A stretch of DNA of 64,000 bases from Octopus vulgaris (GCA_951406725.2 OX597815.1:73408001-73472000), one strand, 5' to 3'. Shown: positions 11,101 through 25,299, numbered from the stretch's first letter. The notes: generated by a model from the sequence alone, not told the origin. Program-made: numbers and translations.

Positions 11101-14100
11101 CATTTGTTATTATTAATGACACTTATTACAGACCTTTGATTTGTTAAAACTTTAAAGTTTATTGGTGGTATTATAGAGCAGGAGTGACAAAAATAAAACA
11201 CACCCTACATCTTACAGGTTGTCAAATGCACAGTGTACACCAGTTCTAATCATGATGGGTAACTGAAAATAAAACTGGTAAAACATTAAGACACTGTTAC
11301 CATCTGCCTAATTCCCTTAGCACCATAGTAAAAGCCATATAAAAGATAGGAGGTTTTCCTGTTGCACCCTGTAGAAGATTTCTTAATTTTATATCCAATA
11401 TCATATATTGGGTTTGAGTTGGGTTTTTATTTTACAGACTTAGACATTTAGTTACCATTTTCTAAATTGCTGAATGATTGACTGCCCCATTTCTCTCAAC
11501 ATTTCTTGCAGGTGACCACAAAAATGATGAAGTGCTAAATCTTTGTATGGACTGTAGGGAGAAGAAATGCTTTTTCATTAACAATAGCTAAGAATTTCAT
11601 CTTAGAACCCTCGTAGTATGATGATCTATTAGTTATTTAACTATTGATGAAGAGCTGCCCAACTAAAAAGTAACTAAGGAAGAAAGTAATGGCGGCAGTA
11701 GAACCATAAAAAGAACATTAAAAACAAAACATCCACAGAAGTCCATCATCACAAGAAAAGGAGCAACTTTTATGATTATTGAGTGAGCACCATTACCGAT
11801 GTCATCCATGTAGTCATCAATTTCACAGAGTTGGAAAGCAAATTAGGTCCAAAGACAAGTAATGATATCAATATTAAATCTAGGAAGTTATAAAATATCA
11901 AAGCTATTTAATAGTTTATTTGTGCATGACTCACACAGGCATAAAATGTTTTTAAATTTGTTAGTAGTTTGTTACACGTTATTTCAGTGACTAATCCAGG
12001 TACTCTAGATATTGGTCCTTTCACAAATAATGTAACATTTGAATGTGTGTGTAAGATGATTCTACCTAGGTTTCCTATGTGCAGGAGGGGTTTGAGAGAA
12101 ATAGCATGAGAAAGGCAAAAGCAAATTGTTAAAGTGCTGAATTGGGTAATGGAGGAAAATGGCCTTCCTAACAGACAAAACATTAATGACTGCATTGCCC
12201 CATAAAAATAAAACAGGCAAAAATGTAGCATTGTTGCAGATTCAGTTGACTGTGGTTGAGTTGAAATAGAAGAAATCTGCTTGGTCTTGTGATTTCCACA
12301 AGTCCCTGGGGACTTCAGGAACTTCAGCTTCTTCACCACCATCACCACCAACACTAATATATTGATGTCAGTGGTGGTAGTGAAGAAGCTAGTCAGAGCA
12401 ACACCAGCTGAAGTCCCCTAAAATAAAATGGATATTTTAATTTAAAGGGTGAAAATAATAACAACATATCAGCCTAATAAGTCACCTAGGTAGTATCAGA
12501 CATTATTAGAGTACTAAATAAGTATCTGAAACTGCAGGCAAATAGTACTATACCACCTATTTGTTGACTTTAGAAGAAAGAGCATTTGACTGGGTATGGA
12601 GAAGAGCAGCAAAGTGTTGCAAGATATTATAAAGGTGTACAATACCTCAATATATCTAGTGTATCAAGGTGGTGAAGTTTGATTGGATGTTGAATGTCAT
12701 GAAGGCAAAGTATTAGACCTCTGAGTGTGAATGAGTCAAATGGAAGGTAAATGATGTAATCAGAAGCAGACAGATATTCTGTTGACCCACCTACTCTTAA
12801 CATAAGTCATTGTGGAGCAGCAAGGATATAACAGTAGGAGGGAGAGAGGGCCGCACCAGCAGTCGGGTGCAGCTGAATAACTCAGAGCAATGTGAAAAAA
12901 ATATAGCTGGCTCAAGGATACAATGTACTGCCTGGCCCAGGAATTAAACTCACAACTTAATGTTTGTGAGTTCAACATTCCTAACTGCTGGGTCACAATA
13001 ACAATGGGGAAATAAACATACCTTATATCTTTTATTCATTTCAGTCACTGGACTGTGGCTATGCTGGTGGCACTAACTTGAAGGGTTTAGTTGAACAACC
13101 CCAGTATTTATGTTTTAGTCTCTCACCATCATTTAACAACTGGTGTTGATTTGTTTATGGCCCTGTTACTTAGCAGAGTCCAATAGAATAAATGCCAGAC
13201 TTTAAAAAAAGTTTTAAATGTCAGTATCCTTCAAGGTGGTGCCCCTGCATGGCCGCTGTCCAATGATTGAAACAAGTACAAAGTACAAGATACTAGATAC
13301 TGCAACTATGTCAGATGTTAAAAATTGAGTGAATAAACTCGTATTAAGTGTTTATTCAATAAGTACTTAAAGAATCCTGAATCGGGAAATCTCTCTGGGA
13401 ATTACAAAAATATTAGTATTTTGTTTTGTTTTTTTACTTTATTTCTTAGTATAAAATCCAAGAGAAAAATTAACATTAGTGGTTTTTATTTTTCATACTT
13501 CCATCCAGTACAGAAGGTCTCATTGTTGCTATCAGCAAATACATCTCAAACTACTTTATTTTGTATTACTATTTTATTAAGTGAGTTTGAGTACTTTCTT
13601 TATACATAACAACATCAAAGTTGCAATAATATTGTTAAAGTAGCTTTGGAAGCAAAAACAGAAACAAAAATAAAAAAAAAACAAACAAAACATAACGTGA
13701 AGTGAAATACACGTATGGAGTTAAACTGCCTGCATATGTCTGGAAGAATTTACACTTGGGTCAACCCAGAAGTTATATTTCTAATGGGCAACTGCACTAG
13801 TTCTCAAGGGAGTCTTGAGTCATATGGAAAGAACTGAGCAGATGTTTTAAGGATAAACTTAAAGAAAAATAGAATGATAAAAATTTTTTTTCACTCTTTT
13901 CTCTTTTTTCTAAAATGTGTTTTAATTCTAGATTGTAACACTCATCATTCTGATATTCTAATCATTCTTTGACTGAGAGAATTTGAAACTTTAGCAATTA
14001 ATGTAAAGATGAACCCTGCCTCTTCTAAAGCAGTCAATGAATAAGGAAAAGAAGCAATGAGAAACAGTGGAATGTTCAGGGATAGGCAGAGGGAACTACT

Positions 14101-14479
14101 AGGGGAAAAGAATAAAAGAAAGGGAAAATTATTCAAAGAAAGAAAACAAGGAAAAGAATTCTCCCCCCCTCTCTCTTTCTATATATGTATATGTATGTGT
14201 GTGTGTGTGTGTGTGTGTATATATAGATAGATAGATACAGATATAAATACATATAGACAAAGAGAATTACAATTCTTCCTGGAATATTTTTTATTAAAAA
14301 TTGATACAGGATGGTCATATGAAAATTCTGAATTTTCAAATTGTCTTGTCTGTTAAAGATAAAATAGCCTTGAGTGGAGATTAAAAATACACATATATGC
14401 ATAAAAATCTCCATTTAGAACTAAAAATGAACATTATATATATATGTGTATATATTTATGTGTGTGTATGTGTGTGTGA

Positions 14480-14511
<32 letters not shown>

Positions 14512-15094
14512 GTATACACACACATACATACATACACTTTTGAGTTCTGTTTCTTCTATTCTACAAATTCTATGTATGCATATATATAAAATCATCACTA
14601 TCGTTTTAACATCCAATGTTCCATGCTTACATGAGCTCACTGGAAGTTGTTGAAGCAGATTCTCCATGACCAGATGTCCTTCCTGTTGCCAACCCTCACC
14701 AGTTTTCAATGAAGGTAATATTTCCCCATGAACAGAATGGATTAAGTGGAGCAAGAGCACACACAAAAACGAAAAGTGTCACTGAGGAGGTCACAGATGT
14801 GTGACGAAAGATTTCTGGACAATGGACATGAATTAAAATAATAAAATAAGAATAGTAATAAACGAGTGAAGAAAGAATATATTGTGCATGTATTTATGTG
14901 GCAAGAAAAAAAAAATTATCATCCCGAAATACAACAATATCTGTTTCAATACACAATTTCACATCAGGAATCTTGCAAAATGAATTGATAAATGAAAAAA
15001 TTTACATATTCCTTCTCTTGCTTTCAGTTCATTTTGGTATTTATATAAGTTGTTTTTATCTCGATAAGTTTCTTAATTGTTTTGAACGCCCCGA

Positions 15095-15430
15095 CTGGCT
15101 TCTGTGCTGGTGGCACATAAAAAGCACCATCCGAACGTGGCCGATGCCAGCACCGCCTCGACTGGCTTTTGTGCCGGTGGCACATAAAAAGTACCAACCG
15201 ATCGTGGCCGATGCCAGACCCCTCTGGCACCTGTGCAGGTGGCACGTAAAAAGCACCCACTACACTCGTGGAGTGGTTGGCGTTAGGAAGGGCATTGAGC
15301 TGTAGAAACACTGCCAGATCAGACTGGAGCCTGGAGCTGCCCCTGGCTCCCCAGACCCCGGTCGAACCGTCCAACCTGTGCTAGCGCGGAAAACGGACGT
15401 TAAACGATGATGATGATGATGATGATGATG
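15095..15430 (+). mobile_element. Repeat family C, young CpG-rich copy
   Basis: Three GTGC...GGCAC.TAAAAAG.ACC subunits, then GGTTGGCGTTAGGAAGGGCAT...GGACGTTAAAC(GAT)n. Other copies at ~3181-3385, 3945-4100, 7181-7460 (-), 28074-28280 (-), 31440-31803, 32097-32280 (-), 32553-32900 (-), 45460-45650, 54190-54376, 54955-55212, 56100-56790. Confidence 0.85.
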
Positions 15431-15475
15431 ACTTCACCATTATTACAGTGATAATTATTGTTCCATTATTTAAGG

Positions 15476-16089
15476 AAGTGGTTCTTGGCCATTTGTTGCC
15501 TATAGACCCCTTTGATTCCTATCATATTCTACTGGACCTCACCTCTCCCATAGCCATTCATTGCTTTAAAAAAATCCTATTATATTTATATAATTAAGTA
15601 TTATTAGGAATTGTATAAAAAATTGTTGGTAATGTTTTTATAAGTGCAGGCATGGCTGTATGGTAAGAAGTTTGCTTCCCAATCATATGGTTCTGAGTTC
15701 AGTCCCACTGCATGGCACCTTGGGCAAGTGTCTTCTACTATAGCCTCGGGTTGACCAAAGCCTTGTGAGTGGATTTTGTAGACGGAAACTGAAAGAAACC
15801 TATTATGTGTGTGTGTGTGTGTGTGTTTATGTTTGTCTCCCTGCCACCACTTCACAACTGGTGTTGGTGTGTTTGTTTCCCCGTAACTTAGCGGTTCGGC
15901 AAAAGAGACCAAAAGAATAAGTACCAGGCTTAAAAAAATAAGTACTGGGGTCGACTCATTTGATTAAAAAAAGAAATTCAAGGAGGTGCCCCAGCATGGG
16001 CGTAGCCTAATGACTGAAACAAGTAAACGATAGAAGAAAGAAGTATAAGCAATTTATTGCAGAAAAAGGACCCCAGTTGAGAACCACAG
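15476..16089. mobile_element. hAT-like MITE split by a full family B SINE
   Basis: Left end AGTGGTTCTTGGCC, right end GTTGAGAACCAC. The left interior resembles the start of the 9650 copy (GACCCCTTTGATT..TAT). Confidence 0.55.
15644..16032 (+). mobile_element. tRNA-derived SINE family B (full length, GAAACAAGTAAA tail)
   Basis: A/B-box-like head (TGGCTGTATGG, GAGTTCAGTCC), ACCTTGGGCAAGT block, (TG)n hinge, tail ...CCCCGTAACTTAGCGGTTCGGCAAAAGAGACC...CAGCATGG...TGACTGAAACAAGTAAA. Copies at ~19174-19570 (+), 25985-26455 (-), 29564-29982 (-), 41485-41836 (-), 43980-44360 (-), 45710-46135 (+), 51528-51890 (-), 61890-62152 (+), 63585-63870 (-). Confidence 0.88.
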
Positions 16090-16253
16090 GCTTCCATGTT
16101 GACATGGGTTGGACAGTTTGACTGGGTTTCACAAGTAGAAGGATTGTATCATGCGCCTGGATTCCTATGATTCCTATGTCATGATTCCTATGGTATTTTA
16201 CAAATACCTAATTTCCCCATATAAATATATGACTACATCAATTATTATCAGTA

Positions 16254-16628
16254 CTAGCAGTATCGCCCGGCGTTGCTCGGGTTTGTTTCGACCCTTTAGA
16301 ATTGGAATTTTTGAAAAGTAAAATTTTCACGTTATGTAGCTTGTTATTCTCTTTAAGAGAATACACCAAAATATGGCGACACACCAGTAAAAAAATCGTA
16401 AAAAATAGGGATTTTGATAGAAAAAAAGCACCTTCTTTATGTAAATAATTTTTGGTCTTAACATGGTCCGATTTGAATTTTATCTTCTACAGAAGGAAGA
16501 GCAAGCCTTCTTCTATTATACTCTCAATTTTGGTCAACTTGCGCTGCAGGGTCTCAGAGGAGATAGTGTAAGTTGAAGGCTACCAAACCTGCCACACACA
16601 GACAACTTCAGCTTTATATATATATAGA
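16254..16628 (-). mobile_element. Non-autonomous Helitron
   Basis: On the minus strand it starts with TC (TCTATATATATAAAG) and ends with the hairpin CCCGAGCAACGCCGGG plus CTAG. Inserted between A and T with no TSD. Confidence 0.8.
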
Positions 16629-18059
16629 TTATAGTTAATGATGTACCCACTTTCAAATTATATCTTTAAAAAAAAATATCCTTATTGAAAAAAAATACAA
16701 AAGCCTGCAAGTTTCACATGACACTAGCATGGCTTAGATAGGTGAAGTATTTGAGGAAGGATCTTTATAGTTCAATGCTCTTTCTGTCTCTAACCCTCAA
16801 TGTTCTTTTCAAAAATGTGATTCTTTTATTCTAGAGGAACTTGAAATCACAAAGCTATCAGGTGATTCATTGACAGAAAATGTCAACAAACATCATGAGT
16901 TCTAGCCCAAGGACAAACAGTGAAATACTGCTTGTAAGTGAGTTGCAAATGATGATGATGTTTTTAAAGTCATAGCCAAGCACAGATTGTGAACATTCAC
17001 ACAGACATACACAAGCATGGCTGAGTGGTTAAGAAGTTTGCTTCACAATCATGGGGTTTCAAGTTCAATCCCAATGTGAGGTAACTAGGGTATGAGTCTT
17101 CTATTATAGTACTAAAGCCCCAGGCTGACCAATAACTTGTGAGTGAATTTGATGGCTAGAAACTGTGCAGTCATCTGTCATATGTGTGTGTGTGCGCGTG
17201 TGTGTGTGAGTGTGTGTGTGTGCATGTGCATACGTGTGTGTTCGCAACCACAGGCTTTTAAGTTCAGTCTCACTGTGTGACACCTTGAGCATGTCTTATA
17301 CTATAGCCCCAGGCTGACCAAAGCCTTATGAATGAATTTGGTAGATAGAAATTGAGAATCCTCATGTGTGTGTGGGGGGGGGGGGCTTGTGTGAACCATG
17401 AGTGTATATGGAATAAGTACTGAGGTCAATTCATTTAATAGTACTTCAGCGTAGCTAGTCTGATGAGTGAAACAAACACACACACACACACACTTTCTCT
17501 CTCTCTCACACTCACATAAGCACATATATATATATACACACACACACATATAAATAAAACTAGCTGGGAGAACCTACCCTGACTTCTGTTGTTACAGTGC
17601 AGAACACCCACAACCAACCAACTGCATGAACAGATCACTAAAGCATGAAACATAATAGATTGGTGCTTTGTTCACCTATTATCAACTCAATGGATACCAA
17701 TGTGCCAGAGAAATTCTTAGACAGAGTTAACCAAATTGCTTAACAACAACAATAACAACAGATGCTAAATATATTTCTTTTATCTTTTTCGTTTATCTTT
17801 TACTACTTTCAGCCATTAGGCACTGGCCATGCTGGAACACCACCTTGAAGAGTTTAAATGACTCTAATACTTATTTTTACTTTTTATAAGCCTGGTACAT
17901 ATTCTATCAATCTCTTTTGCTGAACTGCTTAAGTTATGAGGACAAACCAGCACCTGTTGTCAAGCAGTGGTGGGGTGTGTTTATTTTAACTTGAAAAGAT
18001 TTATACTTTTTATTAATTGGCATTTTTATATTTCAGATTCTATATGTGACTATTTAATC

Positions 18060-18760
18060 ATGCCACATACCAAAGAAGCCTTGGGATTATCCAAATTTCA
18101 AAGAGGCTGTATTGTGGGTCAATCTGAAGGTGAACTAAGTCAGCATAAAATTGCAGAAAACCTTGAGATCCCTCTTTCTACAGTTAATAGAGTGATAGTG
18201 CAATTCACCAGGGAGAGGAAGGAGTAAACATCACCTCATCCAGGTCGACCTGGGCCCTCTGACAGGAAACTTCACTTTGTTAAGAGAAGTGTAGAGGATA
18301 ATGCTCATTGCAAGGCCTCTGACATTGCAGAACAAGTTGATGTCAGTCCCAAAACAGCTGTCAGGTATCACCACAAGCTTGGCTACTATGGCAGAGCAGC
18401 AAGAAGGAAGCCACTTCTTCCATCAGCCAGTATCAAGCAGAGAAAAGATTGGGCCAGTGAGAGACCACTAGCATTTTGGGATACTGTCATATTCTCTGAT
18501 GAGTCTAGATTTGCTGTATTTTCTGACAGTGGTCAAGTGTGGGTTTGGAGACTGTGATTAAGAATTTGACGTGAAAAGATTGCAGCCAACAATGAAACAT
18601 AGCAACTATTCTGTGATGGTCTGGGGAGCAATGGTCAATCAGAGCTGTGGAGTGTGAGGGAAACATAAACTCAGATAAATATGTGTCCATATTGCAGAAA
18701 GGACTCCTTCCAGTCTTCTCCCAGTGGTGAAATGTTTAAAGAAGACTCTTTATTTATTGA
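18060..18760 (+). mobile_element. Tc1-type transposase pseudogene fragment
   Basis: [35 protein letters not shown] (HTH), [26 protein letters not shown]. Contains stops and frameshifts, and is truncated before the complete DDE. Confidence 0.85.
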
Positions 18761-19026
18761 ATTTGGTAATAGTAACTGAGGTAGCTCATCATATACGTGT
18801 GTGTGTCCCCACCAACACTGCCTTTGTGTCCCCACCAACACTACTGCTTGACATCTAGTGTTGGTTTGTTCACATCCATGTAAATTTCAGTGGCTGGTAG
18901 AATAAGTACCGGACTTAACAAAATAAGTATTGGGATTCGATTTGTTCAACTAAACACTTCAGGGTGGTGCTGCAGTGCAATGACTGAAACTAGTAAAAGG
19001 CAAAGAATAAAAAAAAAATTACTTAC

Positions 19027-19089
19027 TGTATTAGTTATTTGAGTCCTTGTAGTGAATTCTTTTTCTAAATTCTTTAATTCTGAAGAGGT
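19027..19089 (-). CDS. CEP112: CEP112-like, coding exon f (63 nt, phase 0-0)
   Basis: Strong acceptor CTTCTCTTCCTTTCAG|ACC, donor ACA|GTAAGT. Encodes TSSELKNLEKEFTTRTQITNT, versus recalled human ANSKLKQIEKEYTQKLAKSSQ. Confidence 0.87.
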
Positions 19090-20312
19090 CTGAAAGGAAG
19101 AGAAGTGTTGGAGAAAACATTTAAATACTATATAATTTTTTTTCAATTACTTATTACTTAATATAATATACATAGGTGTAAGCATGACTGTGTAGTAAGA
19201 AGTTTGCTTCCAAACCATATGGTACCAAGTTCAATCCCAGTGCATGCCACCTTGGGCAAATGTCTTCTGCTATAGCCTCAGGCTGACCAAAGCCTTGTGA
19301 GTGGATTTGGGAACTGAAAGAAACCTTTGTGTGTATGTGTGTGTGTATATAGCTCTGTGTCTGTGGCTTTATGTCTGTTTGTCCCCGACTACCGTTTGAT
19401 AACTGGTTTTGATATGTTTACCCCCCTGTACCTTAGCAGTTCGGCAAAAGACATCAACAGAATAAACCTCAGGCTTAAAAAAATAATTACTGGGGTCGAT
19501 TCATTCAAATAAAATTCTTCAAAGTGATGCCCCAGCATGGCTGCAGTCTAATGATCAAAACAAGTAAAATAGTTAAAGATATGTATTTTCATATTACAAA
19601 TAGTTATCCACCTATTACCATTCAGAATTCTCTCCTCCTTCATCCCTTTCACTCCATACTCTTGCCCCCTTCATTCATCCATCCATCCTGGTATTTCTGT
19701 TATTGCTCTCTCTCTTTCTCTCTTCTATTCACTTCCTCAGCTACATAGCCCTGACTGAACAAACATGTCCTAGCTTATGGGGTACACAATAATCCTACTA
19801 GTGTTGGTGCCAATATAGAATCTATTCAGGACAATCTGCAAAGTAGTCAGCCAGCAAGTGGAGATACGAGGGTTGATAAAGCCCTTCAGTAATATTTTTA
19901 TGTATAGTAATTTCCCTAGGGATTATACCATGATTAAATGCTCCCAGTGCAGTGGTTGGTGACAGGAACAGCACCCAGCTGTAGAAACCATGCCAAAAAT
20001 GAAACTTAAGAGAGAGACTTTTGCTCTGATCCATCAAAGAAGGTATACATCATCATCCTTCTCATTGTTTAACATCCACTTTTCCATGCTTGCTTGGGTC
20101 ATATGGAATCTGTTGAAGCAGAGCTTTTACAGCCCAATGCCCTTCCTATTGCTGACCTTCACCTATTTCCAAGCAAGGTGATATTTCACCATTGTCAGAC
20201 ATATTTTTCATTGGAAGACTGGAAACAAACAACATCCCTTGTGTGATGGTGATACTTGTTTACAATCTTCACATGATGTCAAAACAACAGCACACATAAA
20301 AACACAAACACA

Positions 20313-20362
<50 letters not shown>

Positions 20363-20679
20363 TGACAGGCTTCTTTCAATTTCTGTCTATCAAATCCACT
20401 CACAAGGCTTTCATTGCCCTGAGGCTATAGTAGAAGACACATGCCCAAGGTGTCTTGCAGTGGGACTGAACTCAAGACATGGTGGTGGGAAGCAAGCTTC
20501 TCAGCCACATAACCACACCTGTAATAACCAACTAGGACTTCCAAGACCCATAGAACACATGCCAGCATGGAAAGCTAACATGAAATGACGATTGTTGCTC
20601 TTAATTTAACCAAGATGTCTTGCTTAGATAATTTTAGGCATGCTCACTAACAATAGCATAGTTCAATGAACAGTACTCC

Positions 20680-21075
20680 AAGCCAGAGAGACACAAAAGA
20701 GCACCATGAAAATTAACAGATAGCTGAATGTGTTTTACCAGAGATGCTTGAGAAGGATTTTGAGAATATTCTGGCAAGGGCACATAACCAATGAGTCAAC
20801 ACAAGACCTCTTAGTGAAAACATCATCAAAGAACATAAATTAAAACTAGCAGGTCACGTACTCTGGCTACCAAAACAAGGCCATTCTAGAACAGCTTTTA
20901 AATAGACACCACCAAAGGGAAAAAGAAATTACATGGTGCAGGATATTCATAAATGATATGAGAGAGGCCAATATCACATGCCTTATGACTTGATGTAGAG
21001 AAAACCATAGCCAACAGAAACCAATGGTGTCAGCTTGCTTGCTCCCTAATATACTCAAGGACGCAAGAGAAACTA
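20680..21075 (+). mobile_element. Decayed RTE-clade LINE 3' fragment
   Basis: LNVFYQRCLRRILRIFWQGHITNE...KLKLAGHVLWLP...TPPKGKR. Confidence 0.7.
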
Positions 21076-21149
21076 AAACTTCAAAATGCTTCATAATTCC
21101 TAAATTTATAATGAAAAAGAGGAGTTGATTCCTTGGCCTAAATGGTTAC

Positions 21150-21236
21150 CTTTTCAATAATTTTGTTCATTTCTTCAGTATGGTGTTTCTGAATATTATT
21201 CCGGTGGTGTTCCATCTGGTTATGCATTTTGCTGAT
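21150..21236 (-). CDS. CEP112: CEP112-like, coding exon e (87 nt, phase 0-0)
   Basis: Strong acceptor TTTCTTCTCCTTCTAG|ATC, donor AAG|GTAACC. Encodes ISKMHNQMEHHRNNIQKHHTEEMNKIIEK, versus recalled human VNKLKAESEKMKIELKKTHAAETEMTLEK. Confidence 0.85.
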
Positions 21237-21775
21237 CTAGAAGGAGAAGAAATACAATGTTAAATGTTGTACAACATCAAAAGCAAACTGAATGACTTTG
21301 CAGTAAATCATTTCCAATTGCTTTAGTTTATTTAAATGTCAAACACATGGTGTGCCTTGATGGTGAGTTATTGTTAAGGGAGATAATTATTTGCGATAAA
21401 TCTTGGTGGGAATAGAAATTTGAATTTTAAACTGAAGAACAAAGAAGATGTATGGCATATACATATGTAATTTTTTTTTCTTTTGCTTACTCATTACAAA
21501 GATCTTAAAATTTCTAGTCATAGGCAATCATGTGTAGTGGCAATTTCATTCTTATTTGAAATCGTCAGTATGACATAATCTGAGGCAAATAAACTAAACT
21601 AAATTAAACATTTTAGGAAAAGAATCCAATTATCACAGTTTATTTGATCAAAATTGATACCTGATTAAATACCTGTATTTTACACATAAATGTACGTATC
21701 CACTTACAGAAATTACTTTAAATTTGAATAAATAATAAATTAATATTTTGTGTGTCATTATGCATGGGCACAATA

Positions 21776-21776
<1 letters not shown>

Positions 21777-21830
<54 letters not shown>

Positions 21831-21831
21831 T
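21777..21831. repeat. (TAT)n microsatellite
   Basis: About 18 perfect units. Similar tracts at ~33462-33510 and 58643-58680. Confidence 0.95.
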
Positions 21832-24800
21832 TATAACCCCCAGGCATAAACACTTGGTAGAGATAATTTTAAAATTCAATTTCATATCTTAATTTAATTC
21901 AATCTACTTCAATTCAATTTATTATGATTGCACCCTAATATCTTAATAGTTGATAAAAGCTGATATAATAATTGTATTAGGGAAAGATTTTTGTGGTGAA
22001 TTGGTTTAGACAGAAACAACATTGACATACTTCCCCTAGAAAGGTAGAAAGTAAAAGCAGTGCTAAAATCTGCATCTCCCATTCCAACATCTACAGTTCC
22101 CTTTCTTCCACAACATGCCTATTTGGAGTGTCAGTAAACATTCGTTTTCAATTTTCTTGTAAGCTATCCAATTCCAGAGATATATGAAGCTTCAGAGAAG
22201 TAATTAAAATATCTTACTATTTGATATTTTATTGTTTCTCATCCTCTACATCTTCACCACTGCCAATTTTATTTTGGAATTATTGAAAGATATATAAATT
22301 TTTTCTTTTCCTTTTACATTGAAATATTGCTTAAAATTTATTTAAAAACAAAATTGAAAAAATAGATGTATTTCTGTGATATTCCCTATCTGTCTAACTC
22401 TGTCTCTGCTCTGTCTCTCCCTCTCTGTCTGTCTGTCTCTACTCTCTCTCTCAGTGACTGCTTTTAAACTTTAACAGAAGCCATTATTGTTCAGGAATGT
22501 ACAATCAGAATGATAGATTGCTTAGAAAGAAAAACAAAAAAAAAACTATGGAGTAGTAGTCACAGAGAGTTGTCGAAAATGTCTGGACATAGTAAAACAT
22601 GAATAGAAGCTGAAACAAAAGGAGGGGATGGAGTAGTAGAAATAAAACAAAAACAAACAACAACAGCGAAAACAAAGCAAAAACAACAACAAAAATCCAA
22701 TATCTTATGTTGAAAATACACTCCACAGTAATTAGTGTAGTATGAGTTCCAATTAAATCCAACTCTAATAATATCTTGAGATTCAATTAAATAAGACAAT
22801 AATATGTTCTTGAGAATGTTTCAGAAAAATAATGATTGAATGTATGAATGAATAAATAAATAAAGATAGTAACAGCTCAAGTATTCTAACTGAAAATGTA
22901 AGCTGCCGGGATTAAGACTCTAGATTTCTGTTTTGTACATTCCATAATGGTAAACTGTGCGATATCTCTCAGATAATGAATCAAAATAATTATGTTTAAT
23001 TCCCTACGATGCATAGCTGATGCCATTGGAAATAAATCTAAATAATTAGTGACATGGAAGCAATTTATTCAAGAAGACATCTAAGTATAAAGCAATTGCC
23101 AGAGTTAGCATTTACTGGTAAATATAATTCTATTATGTCTGTGTAGACTCTACATGGTGATATGAAATGCAGGTTTGAAAATTTAGGTTCATTCAACTTG
23201 TAGCAAGATTCCTGCTAAGTTTTGAACTATCATGCTCAAGTTCACCAGCTCAGGACTACAGCTTAGCACACTGCCTTGAAAAGCAAGGCCAGTTTTGAAA
23301 AATTAAATGTGTCACCATAAAAGGTATTAATGCCTACTTAAAAATGGCTCAGTCAATCAGATTGTCTGGTGTGTAATGAAATGAGCTGGAATATTCCTGC
23401 AAAATAGCCTGGTCAAACATTCTTGAAATTCTGTTGGGTGTTATGAAAAAACCTAGGATTTTGAATTCCCAGACAATTACCTGAGGTGCTAATCAAAGCT
23501 ATGTCAATCAGCTTTGTGATAGGCATTCTCATTCCTTCTAATTAATTTGTTCCATCCCTTAAAGGTTGTATAAATAGGTATCAATTGAGCACTGAAGTCA
23601 ATGTATTTGACTTCCTCCTCCCCTCAAAATTGCTGGCCTTGTGCCAAAATTAAAAAGTATTAGTATTTACCATATTATACAGTTAAAACTTGTACTTATT
23701 CTATTCAATATCTCTTCAATGCTGTTCTATTTATTCAACTGTTGTGTGTAATATATATGTAAAGGCAAATGATCCAGGTAACTAAAATGTATGAGTTGAC
23801 TTCGCCTTTCTTCTTTTTGGGGTGAATAAAATACATACTAGTTGAGTACTGAAATTGATGTAATTGACTTAGCCCTTCCTCCTGAAATTGCTGGTATTGG
23901 GACAAAATTTGAAACCATTATTATAATTATTAAGGCAAGCGAGCTGGCAGAATCATTAGTTCAGTTTCCATCTACCAAATCCACTCACAAGGCTTTGGTC
24001 ACCTGAAAGGTATAGTAGAAAACACTTGCCCAAGATGTAATGCAGTGGGTCTGGACCCAGAACCTGGAACCATGTGGTTGGGAAGCAAGCTACTTACCAC
24101 ACAGCCATGCCTACACACACACACACACACACACACATGCATGCACACACACACATGCACACACACACACAGAGGCCTCTAAACAGCAGCCAGTACTCTT
24201 TGAAGTGGTTGAGCCAGAGGGCTGCACCAATCCCCAATGTCTTCTTTGGCTCCATGTCAAACCATCCAACCCATACCAGCATGGAAAAAGGGATGTCAAC
24301 TGATAACAATGATGGTGTAGGAATAAAAATCTAAAATGAGGTTTTATACATCTAGTGCCATATTTTTACTGTAGTATTTTTTTGTTTTTGTTCAATATTA
24401 CAAGTGCCACAAATGATATTGATGATCCTAATTTCAAAAAGCTGGTGTAATCTGTCAGAACACTTTTTTGCATAATCCTTTTGTGTGCTTTGTTTAGAAG
24501 GGGGAAAATGATATAATATTATTTCATGGTTTTAGGTACAAGTGTGGTAGTGTAGCTAAGAAGCTTGCCTCCCAACCACGTGGTCCTGGGTTCAGTCCCA
24601 ATACATGGCATCTTGGGCAAGCATTTTTTTTTTACTACAGCCCCAGGCCAACCAAAGCTTTCTGAGTTGATTTTGTAGACAGAAACCAAAAACAAACCTG
24701 TTGTGCCCAGATATATATATGACTCACCCACCACAACCAAATTGAGAACCTAAAACCAAAGTGCCACATAGAAGAGCACCTAGTAAAGTGGATGGCATTA

Positions 24801-25299
24801 GGATGAGCTGTTGAAACCAAGCCAATTAAACTATGGAAACTGGTGCAGCCCCTGGCTTTACCAGTTTCTGTTACCAGCATGGAAATGGGCATTAAATGTT
24901 GATGATAATATATGTATGTGTGTGTGTGTGTTCATGCATATCCTCATCTAGATATCACATCATTAGTTGTAAATGAGCATTACAGTCATAGAAAGATAGA
25001 GAGGTGTTTGTTCCCAGTTTTCCATGTAAAGCATGTCTGGCTATGTAAAATATTACCTGGGTTACAAACAGACATCGGGTAGTGGCAGAAGCTGTGTCTG
25101 GCCATCAAAAATCTGCCTCAACAAATTCCACTTGACTGATTCAAGCATGGAACAATCAACATTAAACAATGACGATTCAATTATTTCACTGTTTTTTTCA
25201 ATGAAGCTAAGAATTTATATATCAATGGTCAGTAAGAGCAAAACAACTGGAATTGTTCTAATCCCAGAAGTCTTCATTCCCCACCATTCCACCTTATAG

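Noticed and set aside
11908-12354. 148-aa minus-strand ORF as a nested gene
   Set aside because: Non-ATG start, no recognisable domain and no supporting splice structure.
14898-15374. ORFs of 116-135 aa at 14898..15305 and 15024..15374 (also 6170..6568)
   Set aside because: They read through family C repeat copies; similar peptides recur wherever the repeat occurs.
17459-17474. Minimal hammerhead CTGATGAGTGAAAC
   Set aside because: It is a mutated copy of the SINE B tail (CAGTCTAATGACTGAAAC), with no stems II/III.
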